From a virus, in IMG/VR virus record IMGVR_UViG_3300032307_000723, positions 1 through 64,000 of that record: a stretch of 64,000 nt of DNA; one strand, given 5' to 3'. The position numbers were made by a program, and so were the translations under genes. Within the stretch, counting starts at the first letter, position 1, and every line of letters begins with the position of its first letter. Positions 20,327 to 30,352 of this stretch are shown piece after piece. Below the pieces are notes generated by a model. The model was not told where the DNA came from, made no database searches, and saw nothing but the letters and a program-made list of their open reading frames with translations.

Positions 20327-22699
20327 ATGGATTTATTTAATCCGCCACCAATTTTTAATTTAAAAGAAATGCAACACAATTTAGATGTGGATACATTAGA
20401 TAATCCCTACATTCAAGTCGTTTGGGAAGATACCCCGGAAAATTTTACTCAAGAGAGGATTAAGTCGGCAAAACAATACTTTAGCAAAAAGTATAACTCA
20501 ACCAATGTTAATGTAATCACGAAGGTTAAAACTACCGAAGATACTCAACAAACTATTGATGTATCCGTGAATATCATGGACAAGAACTATCAAAAGGAAC
20601 TTATCAAGTCATTACTTGAGAGTAAGGGTCAAGAACAATACTTAGACCAAGTAATGGGTATTGATGGGATGGTTGAGAACCGAATGGCGGCCAACGAGGT
20701 TGAGGTAACTCCATTTAAGAAATGGTATATTAAAAAAATAGAATTTAGTAATTTCCTATCTTATGGAGAGAATCAAGTGATTGATTTTGATAAGTGTGAG
20801 GGAATTACCGTAGTTGAATCTGACCCACCAAACTTTGGGGGTAAGACGGTTCTAACCGTGGATTTACTATTGTTCTTATTCTTCAACACGACAACCAAGA
20901 CACAGAAGGCTGAAGAAATCTTTAATAGGTTTACTGACAAGAATAAAGTTAGTGTTCGAGGGGACATTCTTATTGATGGTGAGGAGTATATCATTGCTCG
21001 TCAAATTGAGAGAAAGATGTCTAAAGCTGGTGAATGGAATGTGAAGACAGAGTTGGAGTTCTTTAAGAAACTAGCTGACGGTCAATTACAGAATTTTACC
21101 GGTGAACAAAGAAGAGAAACCGAGGCGTTCATGAAAAGGTCTATTGGAACAATGGATGACTTCTTGATGACCATCTTAACTACCGCATCTAACTTGGAGG
21201 ACTTATTGGAATCAAAACCAACCGCAAGAGGTCAAGTATTATCAAGATTCTTAGGTTTAGAGTTCTTAAAGAAGAAAGAAGAAACAGGAAAAGAAATCTA
21301 TTCTGAGTTCTCAAAAAGTATGATATCTAATGTCTATAACACGGAGACATTAAAACAAGATAATGAATCCTCAACAACTGAAATTGAAAGATTGAAAGGT
21401 GAGATTAAAACCGCAACCGAAAGTATTGATGAGGTAGATAATTCATTAAAGAAAGGACAAGAATATAAGGATGGGTTGTTAAACTCAAAACATAGTGATT
21501 TAAGTCAAGAACTTATTATCTTGGACCCGGTTAAACTACAAGGAGACATTAATAGTCATGTGTTAACTAGTAAAACAATTCAATCACAAATAGATGCCGT
21601 TAAGATTGTTGAACCAAGTGGGTTTTATCATGAGGATAAACACGATGGTGTTAAAGAATTACTAACTAACCATAAAATTCTATTGGGAAATACAAACCAT
21701 AAGGTTAGTGAGATTGAGTTAATGGTTAAGAAGTATGGGGATGGTATCGAATGTGAACATTGTGGTATTAAGTTAATGGATGCATCAATCACCAAAAAGA
21801 AAATCGGTGAACTTGATGGACTGAAAGAAGAAGTTAAAATTCATAATAATTTAATTGAGGAATTAGATAAAGAAGAAAAGACCTACGTCCAACTGAAAAA
21901 AGAATTTGATGAGTACGAGAGAAACAAACTTATCAAAGAGAAACACGAGGTGTCCTTGGAATCAAACGAGTTGAAATTAGAGGCGTTAAAGTTGAAATTG
22001 AAACGATATGAGGAAGTTCAAGATAAGATTAAACAGAATAACGATATTGATGCTAAGTTGATTAAAGCAAATCTTCGTATTGATGAATTGATTAGTCAAA
22101 AGAGAGGGTACGAGAGAATTCAAAGTACCAACCAAAATCAAATTGAAAACCTATTAGCTCGTATTGAAAAGAACAATGGTCTTGTATTGAAGATTGCTGA
22201 GGAGTTCGAGAAAGAAAAAATCTATAAAATCTACAATGAGATTTATGGAAAGAATGGTATTAGTAAGATTATTATGAAGACCATGATGCCAGTGATTAAC
22301 GCAGAACTTCAAAGGTTACTTCAGGATTCTTGTTTATTTAACTTGGAAATTCGAATCAATGATAAGAACGAGGTTGATTTTATTATGATTGATAACTCAA
22401 CCGGAATTGAAAGACCAATTACATCAGGGTCAGGTTATGAGAAGACAGTTGGGGCACTTGCCATCAGAGCGGTGTTATCTAAAGTGTGTTCACTACCAAA
22501 ACCACAATTGTCAGTTTACGATGAGGTTTGGGGTAAAGTTGCGAATGATAATCTTGATATGGTTGGAGAATTTTTTGATAAATTAAAAACCTACTTTGAA
22601 AAGATATTTGTAATTTCGCACAATCCAATGATATCAAATTGGGCAAATACGGTTGTAAAGATAACAAAAACAGATAATGTTTCAAAAGTCTCTCAATAA
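20327..22699 (+). CDS. sbcC: SbcC/Rad50-like ATPase
   Basis: NFLSYG, GGKT P-loop, long coiled coil with CEHC hook, YDEV Walker B, ISHN H-loop. Confidence 0.85.
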   Translation: MDLFNPPPIFNLKEMQHNLDVDTLDNPYIQVVWEDTPENFTQERIKSAKQYFSKKYNSTNVNVITKVKTTEDTQQTIDVSVNIMDKNYQKELIKSLLESKGQEQYLDQVMGIDGMVENRMAANEVEVTPFKKWYIKKIEFSNFLSYGENQVIDFDKCEGITVVESDPPNFGGKTVLTVDLLLFLFFNTTTKTQKAEEIFNRFTDKNKVSVRGDILIDGEEYIIARQIERKMSKAGEWNVKTELEFFKKLADGQLQNFTGEQRRETEAFMKRSIGTMDDFLMTILTTASNLEDLLESKPTARGQVLSRFLGLEFLKKKEETGKEIYSEFSKSMISNVYNTETLKQDNESSTTEIERLKGEIKTATESIDEVDNSLKKGQEYKDGLLNSKHSDLSQELIILDPVKLQGDINSHVLTSKTIQSQIDAVKIVEPSGFYHEDKHDGVKELLTNHKILLGNTNHKVSEIELMVKKYGDGIECEHCGIKLMDASITKKKIGELDGLKEEVKIHNNLIEELDKEEKTYVQLKKEFDEYERNKLIKEKHEVSLESNELKLEALKLKLKRYEEVQDKIKQNNDIDAKLIKANLRIDELISQKRGYERIQSTNQNQIENLLARIEKNNGLVLKIAEEFEKEKIYKIYNEIYGKNGISKIIMKTMMPVINAELQRLLQDSCLFNLEIRINDKNEVDFIMIDNSTGIERPITSGSGYEKTVGALAIRAVLSKVCSLPKPQLSVYDEVWGKVANDNLDMVGEFFDKLKTYFEKIFVISHNPMISNWANTVVKITKTDNVSKVSQ

Positions 22700-22719
22700 T
22701 TAATTGTAATATTAGACAC

Positions 22720-23373
22720 ATGAAAAAATTAGGGTATCATGGGATGGAACCACAACAAGCTTCCTTAAAAAAAAAAGAGGGTCACAACAGAGAACATATA
22801 AGATTGTCTCAGTTAGGTGAAGGTGCTGAAATTGTGAAAGGTAATGGTAAAGTTGATATTATCAGACCCGATGGAAAAAAAGAATCGGTTAAAGGGGGTA
22901 ATAGAACCCAATGGGCTTTGTATTCTGAAGAAAGAATTAATGAATCTAAATTATCTGATAAAGGTAAGGTTGCTTTCTCAAATTGGATTAATTTTTTACC
23001 TAAGAATAAAGAAGAATATCTTAAAAACCCCAAACATTTTAGTCAAAATACAAATGTTACTGATTTATATAATGTATTTAAGGATAACCCGATGGAGTTA
23101 ATTAAATATTTTTGTGGTTATGATGATATTGACTATTATGTTTTAATGGATAAAAGAGATAACACCCAAATGGTGATAAATAAAAATGAATTTTTTGATA
23201 AAATTGAAAAATCAATAAAACGAGTTTACACAACTCCGGGTGGTAAATTATCAATTGCTGGAGGAAATAAAGATGTATTATTGTTTGAGTTAGAATTAAG
23301 AAAAGGTAAAAATTCTCATAGAGGGGTTTTATTTGTTTCTACCTTAAAACAGATAATTGATTTGTTTAAATAA
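22720..23373 (+). CDS. Putative type II restriction endonuclease
   Basis: KVDII..ESVK..TQW resembles a PD-(D/E)xK core; immediately upstream of an MTase. Confidence 0.4.
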   Translation: MKKLGYHGMEPQQASLKKKEGHNREHIRLSQLGEGAEIVKGNGKVDIIRPDGKKESVKGGNRTQWALYSEERINESKLSDKGKVAFSNWINFLPKNKEEYLKNPKHFSQNTNVTDLYNVFKDNPMELIKYFCGYDDIDYYVLMDKRDNTQMVINKNEFFDKIEKSIKRVYTTPGGKLSIAGGNKDVLLFELELRKGKNSHRGVLFVSTLKQIIDLFK

Positions 23374-23391
23374 TAGGTTATAATTATAAAT

Positions 23392-24279
23392 ATGAAAACA
23401 CCAATAAGGTATGCCGGGGGTAAATCAAGGGCAATTAAACATATTACCCCATATGTTACAAATGTAGATAAAATAGTCTCACCATTTTTGGGTGGGGGTT
23501 CATTAGAAGTTTATTGGGCTTCTCTTGGTAAAAAAGTTATTGGGTACGATTTATTTGACGTATTAGTTAATTTTTGGAATGTTCTATTAAATAACAAAGA
23601 TGAGTTAGTTGAGAAACTAAAAGAGATTTCTCCAACATCAGAAGAGTATTCACGAATTAAAGAAATTTTAATGAAGTGGGATAATACACAAGAAATGTTG
23701 AAAGATTGGAAAACAGACCATTATAAACGAGATGAAGTTATTAATTTAGATAAAATAACTGCGGCAGCTTATTATTATTTTAATCATAATACATCGTATG
23801 GACCGGGTTATTTAGGGTGGGGTTCATCGGTCTATTTGACTGAAAAAAAATGGAATGACATGATAGATAAAATATCAAAATTTGAATTACCTAATTTGTC
23901 AGTAGAACAAGGTAGTTTTGAAGAAGTGATTCCAAAACATAATGAAGATTTTCTTTATCTTGACCCACCATATTATCTTGAAAAAGATTCGGATAATAAA
24001 ATGTTTACAGGAATTTATCCTATGAGAAACATACCTATACATCATGATGGGTTTGACCATGAATTATTAAGGGATTTACTTAAAAAACATAAAGGAGGGT
24101 TTATATTATCTTATAACAATTGTGAAACAATTAGAGAATATTATAAAGAATTTGAGTTTCATTATCCATCTTGGAATTATTCCATGGGTAATGGTGAAAA
24201 ACGAATAGGTAAAAATAGAACAGAGGCGGGAATAACTAATTCAAAAGATTCTCACGAAATTTTAATAGTGAAACGATAA
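23392..24279 (+). CDS. Dam/D12-class N6-adenine DNA methyltransferase
   Basis: RYAGGKS, SPFLGGGS and YLDPPY motifs. Confidence 0.9.
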   Translation: MKTPIRYAGGKSRAIKHITPYVTNVDKIVSPFLGGGSLEVYWASLGKKVIGYDLFDVLVNFWNVLLNNKDELVEKLKEISPTSEEYSRIKEILMKWDNTQEMLKDWKTDHYKRDEVINLDKITAAAYYYFNHNTSYGPGYLGWGSSVYLTEKKWNDMIDKISKFELPNLSVEQGSFEEVIPKHNEDFLYLDPPYYLEKDSDNKMFTGIYPMRNIPIHHDGFDHELLRDLLKKHKGGFILSYNNCETIREYYKEFEFHYPSWNYSMGNGEKRIGKNRTEAGITNSKDSHEILIVKR

Positions 24280-24296
24280 CAATTTGTTTTTAAAAT

Positions 24297-24824
24297 ATGA
24301 AACAATTAAACTATAACAGGAAAGGGGAGTTTCATACTCCCCTAACTTATTGGCAAACCGATGATAAGACTAATATTGCTATTTATCAGGGTGTTAGAGG
24401 AGAAAACCCGGAACTTGATTTTATTGTAAAATACAAAGAAGAAGGTAAAAGATTGAGAACACCATCACATACACATTGGATTGTTGATTTATTGGTTAAG
24501 GCGGAACACGATAAGAAATTATTATTATCTTATGTTAATAACTTAATTTTAATTTATGAAAACTCAGTTCCATTCAACTCAATTGAAGAAAGAAATTCTT
24601 ACGAATTAAAACACAATAATGTGATGGATTTAAGGTATAATGAGTTGAACGGATGTGGATATTATTCAATTTCAACATTAACCGCTTTCATTGAGTTATT
24701 TTCAATATGTGAGAAACAAACTACAAATGCATTCATGTTCAAAGGGTTACTTGAAATGGTGAAAGAATATTGTGAAGGTAAAAAAGATTTTTACCAAATT
24801 GTTGGGTATTCCAAAAGAGTTTAA
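24297..24824 (+). CDS. Hypothetical protein in MTase cassette
   Basis: 175 aa; RLRTPSHTHW motif; co-oriented with the MTase. Confidence 0.6.
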   Translation: MKQLNYNRKGEFHTPLTYWQTDDKTNIAIYQGVRGENPELDFIVKYKEEGKRLRTPSHTHWIVDLLVKAEHDKKLLLSYVNNLILIYENSVPFNSIEERNSYELKHNNVMDLRYNELNGCGYYSISTLTAFIELFSICEKQTTNAFMFKGLLEMVKEYCEGKKDFYQIVGYSKRV

Positions 24825-24857
24825 TTACCTTTGTAAAATAATTTTAATAAAATAAAT

Positions 24858-25391
24858 ATGAATTACTACTTATTGTCAGTTACTAACGATTTTGCATCAG
24901 ACGGTTTATGTAAAGAAATTGCAATATCACTTAGTCCTATTGTCGATTCACCAAACTTAAAGTTCCATTACACTCGTAACCAAATTATATTTTCTTTTGG
25001 AGCGGAAACTGAAAAAAGTGAAATTTATGAATACATTACCGGAGTCCTATATGGTCTTGTTGAAATTTTTGTTTTAACAGAAATCGTGGATGACTATTCA
25101 GTATCTTTACCTAAAGACATTAAAGACCATCTTTTTGATTTAGAAAATGTTGGGGAAAATGTAACAATGAAGTTGGATATGGAACGAATAAAGAAAAACT
25201 TAGATTTTTCCTACGAAGATGAAGATGACGACGATGATGATGAAAATGATATTATGTCATTGATACTAAAAGATAAACACACCACCCCTAACCCTACCTT
25301 AGACCAAATATTAGACAAGTTATACTCTGAGGGAATGGATTCCTTGAGTTCAAAAGAAAAAACTATATTAGAAACTTACAGTCAAAACTAA
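24858..25391 (+). CDS. Hypothetical protein with DUF6576-like C-terminus
   Basis: LDQILDKLYSEGMDSLSSKEKTIL; TACCTTTG at 24826. Confidence 0.6.
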   Translation: MNYYLLSVTNDFASDGLCKEIAISLSPIVDSPNLKFHYTRNQIIFSFGAETEKSEIYEYITGVLYGLVEIFVLTEIVDDYSVSLPKDIKDHLFDLENVGENVTMKLDMERIKKNLDFSYEDEDDDDDDENDIMSLILKDKHTTPNPTLDQILDKLYSEGMDSLSSKEKTILETYSQN

Positions 25392-25394
25392 ATT

Positions 25395-26192
25395 ATGAAG
25401 GAAAAAGCGGGAATGCCAATTAATCAAGAGGAGATTAGCCATTATTTGAAAGATATTAGAAAAATAAGGGTAATGACCCCTGAGAGGGAAAGAGAGTTAT
25501 CCGAATTAATCTTAAGTGGTAATTTAACTGAGATTGAAAAACAAAAAATAAATAAAGAGTTATTAGAAGGTAATTTAAGATTTGTAATTACGGTTGCCAA
25601 ACAATATCAGAATCAAGGATTAGATTTTCCGGACTTGGTTGCCGAGGGGAATCTTGGTCTTATGAAGGCAATTGAAAATTTTGATTGGTCTAAAAAATTA
25701 AGATTTATTTCTTACGCTGTTTGGTGGGTTAGACAATCAATTTTACAATCATTAAATGAAAACGCTCGAACCATTCGTCTTCCGGTTAATGTGGTTCAAG
25801 AACTTCAAAAAGCAAAAAAAGAATTAGAAAAAGTTGGTGTTGATATGCCGGACAAATTTGCTAATTTACCTTATACTATTAATTTGGACAATCCATTAAA
25901 TGATGAAGGGGATACATTGGTGGATATTTTAAATAACCCTAATGCGGAATTACCTGACGCTGGTTTATCTACTGAGGACACACTAAAGGATAAATTGATT
26001 AGTATGTTAGATGTCTTGGATGATAGAGAAAAAATGATTATTCAAGATTATTTTGGATTATCAGGGTCAACTAGAACCTTGGAAGATATTGGGAACGACT
26101 TTACTTTAACTAAAGAAAGAGTTCGACAGATTAAAGAAAAGGCGTTGAGAAAATTAAGAAATGAGACGGCTAGTCTATTTGAATATTTATAA
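25395..26192 (+). CDS. Sigma70-family (RpoD/RpoS-like) RNA polymerase sigma factor
   Basis: NLRFVITVAKQYQNQG..DLVAEGNLGL..RFISYAVWWVRQSI; region 4 TLEDIG..LTKERVRQI. Confidence 0.92.
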   Translation: MKEKAGMPINQEEISHYLKDIRKIRVMTPERERELSELILSGNLTEIEKQKINKELLEGNLRFVITVAKQYQNQGLDFPDLVAEGNLGLMKAIENFDWSKKLRFISYAVWWVRQSILQSLNENARTIRLPVNVVQELQKAKKELEKVGVDMPDKFANLPYTINLDNPLNDEGDTLVDILNNPNAELPDAGLSTEDTLKDKLISMLDVLDDREKMIIQDYFGLSGSTRTLEDIGNDFTLTKERVRQIKEKALRKLRNETASLFEYL

Positions 26193-26201
26193 AAATGAAT
26201 T

Positions 26202-26230
26202 AAAGGGTGTATTTATGTAATACACCTTTT
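26202..26230 (+). terminator. Intrinsic terminator-like hairpin after sigma factor
   Basis: AAAGGGTGTATT..AATACACCTTTT. Confidence 0.6.
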
Positions 26231-26260
26231 ATATTTAAAGATAAATCTAAAAAAATACAT

Positions 26261-26545
26261 ATGAAAAATTTTATTCAAAAAAACTTTATTGTAATCGTTT
26301 TGGTAATTTCATTACTGACCTTTTTTAAAGGGTGCGGTGATTCAAGAGAATTATCTAAATTAAGAAAAGAAGTTGAAACTATTAAGGATTCTACTTACAC
26401 TAAGAAAGAATTAAATATCGAACTAAAAATTATGGGATTAGAGGCAGAAAAGAGAATGATTCAAGCTACTGACCGTAAATTATTGGATGTTCAAAGACAA
26501 ACTCAAATCGAGGAAGAGATAAAAAAATTAAAATCAATTAAATAA
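26261..26545 (+). CDS. Membrane-anchored/possible lipoprotein coiled-coil protein
   Basis: Hydrophobic N-terminus ending FFKGC, then coiled coil. Confidence 0.6.
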   Translation: MKNFIQKNFIVIVLVISLLTFFKGCGDSRELSKLRKEVETIKDSTYTKKELNIELKIMGLEAEKRMIQATDRKLLDVQRQTQIEEEIKKLKSIK

Positions 26546-27273
26546 TGAATTGGTTCCAAAGAAATTTTAAAAAGATAATTTATACGGCCTTTTTGGTTCC
26601 GATATTATCGGTTGCGTTTGTATCTATTTCACACGTAACAACATGGTATGGATTATCTAATCCATTTAGTTGGGCGATATATTTGTCGATTGGTGTTGAA
26701 ATTGCTGCTTTATCTGCTCTTGCAGCCATATCGGCTCAGATGGGTAAGAAAGTTTATTTTCCATTTGGAATTGTTACTTTAATTCAGTTTATTGGTAATA
26801 TCTTTTTTGCTTACCAGTATATTGATATTACGTCACAATCATTTAAAGATTGGATGGATTTGGTTGACCCAATTGTTAGTTATTTGGGTGTTGAATCCGG
26901 AGACCCTATTGGTCATAAAAGATTTTTAGCGTTATTTTCAGGAGGTATGTTACCAATAATCTCTTTATCATTTTTACATATGTTAGTTAAATTTGAAGAG
27001 GATGAAAATAAATCAGTATCTTCAGAAATACCAGGAGAAATCAATATTGAGGAGTTAAGTACTACAATTGGTAGACAAGAGGCAGAAATTGATAAGGAGA
27101 AATATACTCCAACACAAGAAGAAATTGACGCTCTTGAAAACGAATTAAAAAAGTTAACCGAACAAAAATTTGGAGAGATTGAAGGACCAACAGGAAATAA
27201 TGGACCGGATGACTCATCTCTTAATGAGGTTGAGGAGATTAAAAGATTAAATTACACAAGACGGGATGCTTAA
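26545..27273 (+). CDS. Multi-pass membrane protein (holin-like position)
   Basis: About four TM segments plus acidic tail; overlaps the amidase start. Confidence 0.55.
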   Translation: MNWFQRNFKKIIYTAFLVPILSVAFVSISHVTTWYGLSNPFSWAIYLSIGVEIAALSALAAISAQMGKKVYFPFGIVTLIQFIGNIFFAYQYIDITSQSFKDWMDLVDPIVSYLGVESGDPIGHKRFLALFSGGMLPIISLSFLHMLVKFEEDENKSVSSEIPGEINIEELSTTIGRQEAEIDKEKYTPTQEEIDALENELKKLTEQKFGEIEGPTGNNGPDDSSLNEVEEIKRLNYTRRDA

Positions 27274-27871
27274 CATACTAAAATTTGGAAATTTCAAACC
27301 GAAAGGGAAACAAAAAAGAAAAAAACAAATAATATTATGTCACACTTCAAGGGAGGTTCAAGAATACTTGACCTCCCTTAAACATAGGTACAATGGTCAA
27401 TATGATAAGATACCTAACTACATCATCACCCGAAAAGGGGAGATTCTTCAACTATTAGAAGATAATACCTATTCAAATTACTTGGATGATGAATACACAA
27501 ACAAAAATTCAATTATTATTTCTTTGGAGAATTTAGGGTGGTTGGAAAAGAAACCACTAACAAACTATTATATTAACTGGAAAGGAAGTATTTATAATGA
27601 GAAGGCATATGAAAAGAAATGGAGAGATTTCTTTTTTTGGCAACCTTACACATCAATTCAGATTGAGATGGCAGCTGAATTGTGTAATTATTTATCAGAT
27701 GCTCTTAATATTAATAAAAGATGTATTGGACATAATACAAGATTTGCCGGAGTGTCTAACTATGAAGGGATTGTTAGTAAAAGTAATTACGACTCTTCTT
27801 TTACAGATTTAAACCCATCATTTAATTTTGAAGAATTTAAAAAATATTTAGAAAATGAACAATTTACATAA
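27266..27871 (+). CDS. N-acetylmuramoyl-L-alanine amidase (Amidase_2-like), putative endolysin
   Basis: IILCHT, PNYIITRKGEI, SIIISLEN, GHN motifs. Confidence 0.75.
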   Translation: MLNILKFGNFKPKGKQKRKKQIILCHTSREVQEYLTSLKHRYNGQYDKIPNYIITRKGEILQLLEDNTYSNYLDDEYTNKNSIIISLENLGWLEKKPLTNYYINWKGSIYNEKAYEKKWRDFFFWQPYTSIQIEMAAELCNYLSDALNINKRCIGHNTRFAGVSNYEGIVSKSNYDSSFTDLNPSFNFEEFKKYLENEQFT

Positions 27872-28436
27872 CGAAAGGTATGATGAAATTAAATCTTTGT
27901 TACAAAAATCAAGAATGATTATGGAACAAAGTACTCAAATAAATGTTGCAAAAGACGTTGAAAAAAGAATTGAACAAGATAATCCTGAGTATGAAACCGC
28001 TAAAACCGGTTTTGAAGATGGGGATGATGTTGAAACGATGTCAAGAGACAAAAAACAAAAATATAGAATATCTGGAGGTATTTTAGCACTTCATGGTAAA
28101 GACCGAAATGATTTGGATATCACTAGTGATGAGAAATTGGCGTTTCAAGAAACAATGGATGAATTCATCGAAGAGGTTTCGGACCTTGTAGATTTCAACA
28201 CATTAAATGTTTATGCAAATAATGTGGAATGGTCAGGTAAATTAATTGATGAAGATTTGGATTTTATTTTCACCATCGGTGAGGATAGTGGAATTTATAT
28301 TAATGGACAAATGATTAAAGTTGACCCTGATTTTATGGAAACAATAAATAAACTTCAAAAATATTACCAAAAATTTAAATCTAAATGGGGTAGAGTTTTG
28401 GCTAATAGAAAGAAAACAACTGAATCACCGGAATAA
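27855..28436 (+). CDS. Hypothetical protein
   Basis: 193 aa, overlapping operon neighbours. Confidence 0.65.
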   Translation: MNNLHNERYDEIKSLLQKSRMIMEQSTQINVAKDVEKRIEQDNPEYETAKTGFEDGDDVETMSRDKKQKYRISGGILALHGKDRNDLDITSDEKLAFQETMDEFIEEVSDLVDFNTLNVYANNVEWSGKLIDEDLDFIFTIGEDSGIYINGQMIKVDPDFMETINKLQKYYQKFKSKWGRVLANRKKTTESPE

Positions 28437-28795
28437 TGAAAGATATTGTGAGTAATAACAAACAAAATATATTATTAATCATCGTTATTGTATTGGCGGC
28501 TTGGAACATATTCACAACCAATGGGATTAAAACTGATGTTAAATCATATAAAGATAAAATAGAATCTCTTCAGACTGAAATTGATTCTGCAAGGGCTATT
28601 AACGAAGGGATTGACGTTAAAATTGATTCAGTAAAAGGTAATGTGGTTAAAATTACGAAAGAAATTCATCACATAGATAATAACATAACAATAATTAAAA
28701 AACAAACGGATGAGAAAGTTAATAGTGTTGACACTCTTACTGCTAACGAGCTTGAGCAGTTTTTCACAAACAGATACGACAAAACCTCAAACTAA
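28436..28795 (+). CDS. TM plus coiled-coil protein (i-spanin-like)
   Basis: N-terminal TM then heptad coiled coil. Confidence 0.5.
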   Translation: MKDIVSNNKQNILLIIVIVLAAWNIFTTNGIKTDVKSYKDKIESLQTEIDSARAINEGIDVKIDSVKGNVVKITKEIHHIDNNITIIKKQTDEKVNSVDTLTANELEQFFTNRYDKTSN

Positions 28796-29156
28796 TACAC
28801 CTGTAGTTCAAAGTGATACTACCAAGATTAGATTAAAAGTTCCTGTTGCAAAATTAGCAATCAAGGATATTCTTAAGGGTGATGGGTGTGAAGTTGAGTT
28901 AAAACTTACACAAGAAAAAGTTATTAAATTAGAGACAAGAGAAAAAGAAAAAGATTCTCATATAATTCTTCTTGAAGAGAAAGATAAGAATAATAACTTT
29001 ATGTTAGGTAAGAAAGATGAACAATTAAAAGTGTCTGAAGACTTAACAAATAGTTTACATAAAGAACTTAAAGGTCAAAGAAATAAAACTTTCTTATGGA
29101 AAGTTGGAACCTACGCTGGTATTGTTGCATCAACATATCTTTTAATAGTAAAATAA
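28710..29156 (+). CDS. Signal-peptide coiled-coil protein overlapping the previous gene (spanin-like partner)
   Basis: MRKLIVLTLLLLTSLSSFSQ signal peptide encoded in an alternate frame; C-terminal hydrophobic tail. Confidence 0.55.
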   Translation: MRKLIVLTLLLLTSLSSFSQTDTTKPQTNTPVVQSDTTKIRLKVPVAKLAIKDILKGDGCEVELKLTQEKVIKLETREKEKDSHIILLEEKDKNNNFMLGKKDEQLKVSEDLTNSLHKELKGQRNKTFLWKVGTYAGIVASTYLLIVK

Positions 29157-29401
29157 TGGCATTAACAAGTTCAGAACAAAAGGAAATTGAAGTTATGATT
29201 CGTAAAGAGATAAAGAGCTTTATGGAGAATAATACTATTAAACAATTTGAAGATAAGTTGTTAGATAGAATAGGTCGTGAGATAAAAAGAGGTAAATTAG
29301 AAGGTGATGTTAAAGATATCACATTAAGAATGTTCCGAGAATTCTACCAATTTATGTGGATGAATAGAAGTTATTGGGAACCAAGATTAAGAAACGCGTA
29401 A
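29156..29401 (+). CDS. Hypothetical protein
   Basis: MALTSSEQKE start at TAATG overlap. Confidence 0.6.
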   Translation: MALTSSEQKEIEVMIRKEIKSFMENNTIKQFEDKLLDRIGREIKRGKLEGDVKDITLRMFREFYQFMWMNRSYWEPRLRNA

Positions 29402-29402
29402 T

Positions 29403-30326
29403 ATGGAATCATCAGGTAAATTATTTAAAAAAGAATTAGATAAAGCATTTTCTCAACCGGGTATTAAAATGAATGCAAGTGTTATGGGAGATGCTATGAA
29501 ATACAAACAATCATTCAAGGAAGAAGAACTTGAGGGAGGTCTTGCGGATAAAAAAACACTTAAAGACATTGCAAAAAAACATGATAAAAAAGGATATTAT
29601 CATGTTGATGATATGGTTTCTTCATTAAGGGTTCAATTAAACAAAGGAATTAAAAAAGAATTAGAACATACTAAAAATAAAACTAAGGCTAAGGAGATTG
29701 CGATGGACCATCTTTGGGAAGACCCAAATTATTATGACAAGTTAAAAAAAATTGAATCGAAAGAGGAGAAAGAAAAAAAATATTTAGATATTGAAGATAT
29801 GATACCTATGTTGAAAAAACAACTTATGAAAGGTACTAAAGTTGACCAACAACAAAAAAAAGAAAAAACCAAATCTAAAGAAGAATCTAAAGAGGCGGCC
29901 ACTACAGGTTCTGTAGGGTCTTTTGTAGGTAAAGTTGCATTCATGGATAGTGATTTTGTTAGAAGAAGTTTTGAAGAAACTCCAAAATTAAAGGAAAGTG
30001 AAGTTGAAAAGGTTGAAGCTACTGAAGCAACTACAGGTGTTGGAGGATATTCAACACCAGCAATGTGGGCAAAATCAACTAAAAAGAAAGATTGGGGACC
30101 AAGTAGAAAAACTCAAATACCTGGTGGAGGTTTTGTTAAGATTAATAAAAAATGTACTAAATTTCCATATTGTAACCAAGGTGAAATAAGTAATATAAAA
30201 ATAAGTAACAATGAATCCGTAAAGGAGGCAATTAAAAGAGTTTCTAAAAGGATAGGTGTTAGTGAAAGTACTATTATAACTATTTTGGAACATGAATACG
30301 AAAAAGCGAATAAAAGAACAAAATAA
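29403..30326 (+). CDS. DUF5661-like domain protein (head-associated?)
   Basis: KGIKKELEHT..AKEIAMDHLWEDPNYYDKL. Confidence 0.6.
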   Translation: MESSGKLFKKELDKAFSQPGIKMNASVMGDAMKYKQSFKEEELEGGLADKKTLKDIAKKHDKKGYYHVDDMVSSLRVQLNKGIKKELEHTKNKTKAKEIAMDHLWEDPNYYDKLKKIESKEEKEKKYLDIEDMIPMLKKQLMKGTKVDQQQKKEKTKSKEESKEAATTGSVGSFVGKVAFMDSDFVRRSFEETPKLKESEVEKVEATEATTGVGGYSTPAMWAKSTKKKDWGPSRKTQIPGGGFVKINKKCTKFPYCNQGEISNIKISNNESVKEAIKRVSKRIGVSESTIITILEHEYEKANKRTK

Positions 30327-30352
30327 AGATATTTATAATTAAAATAAAACGG

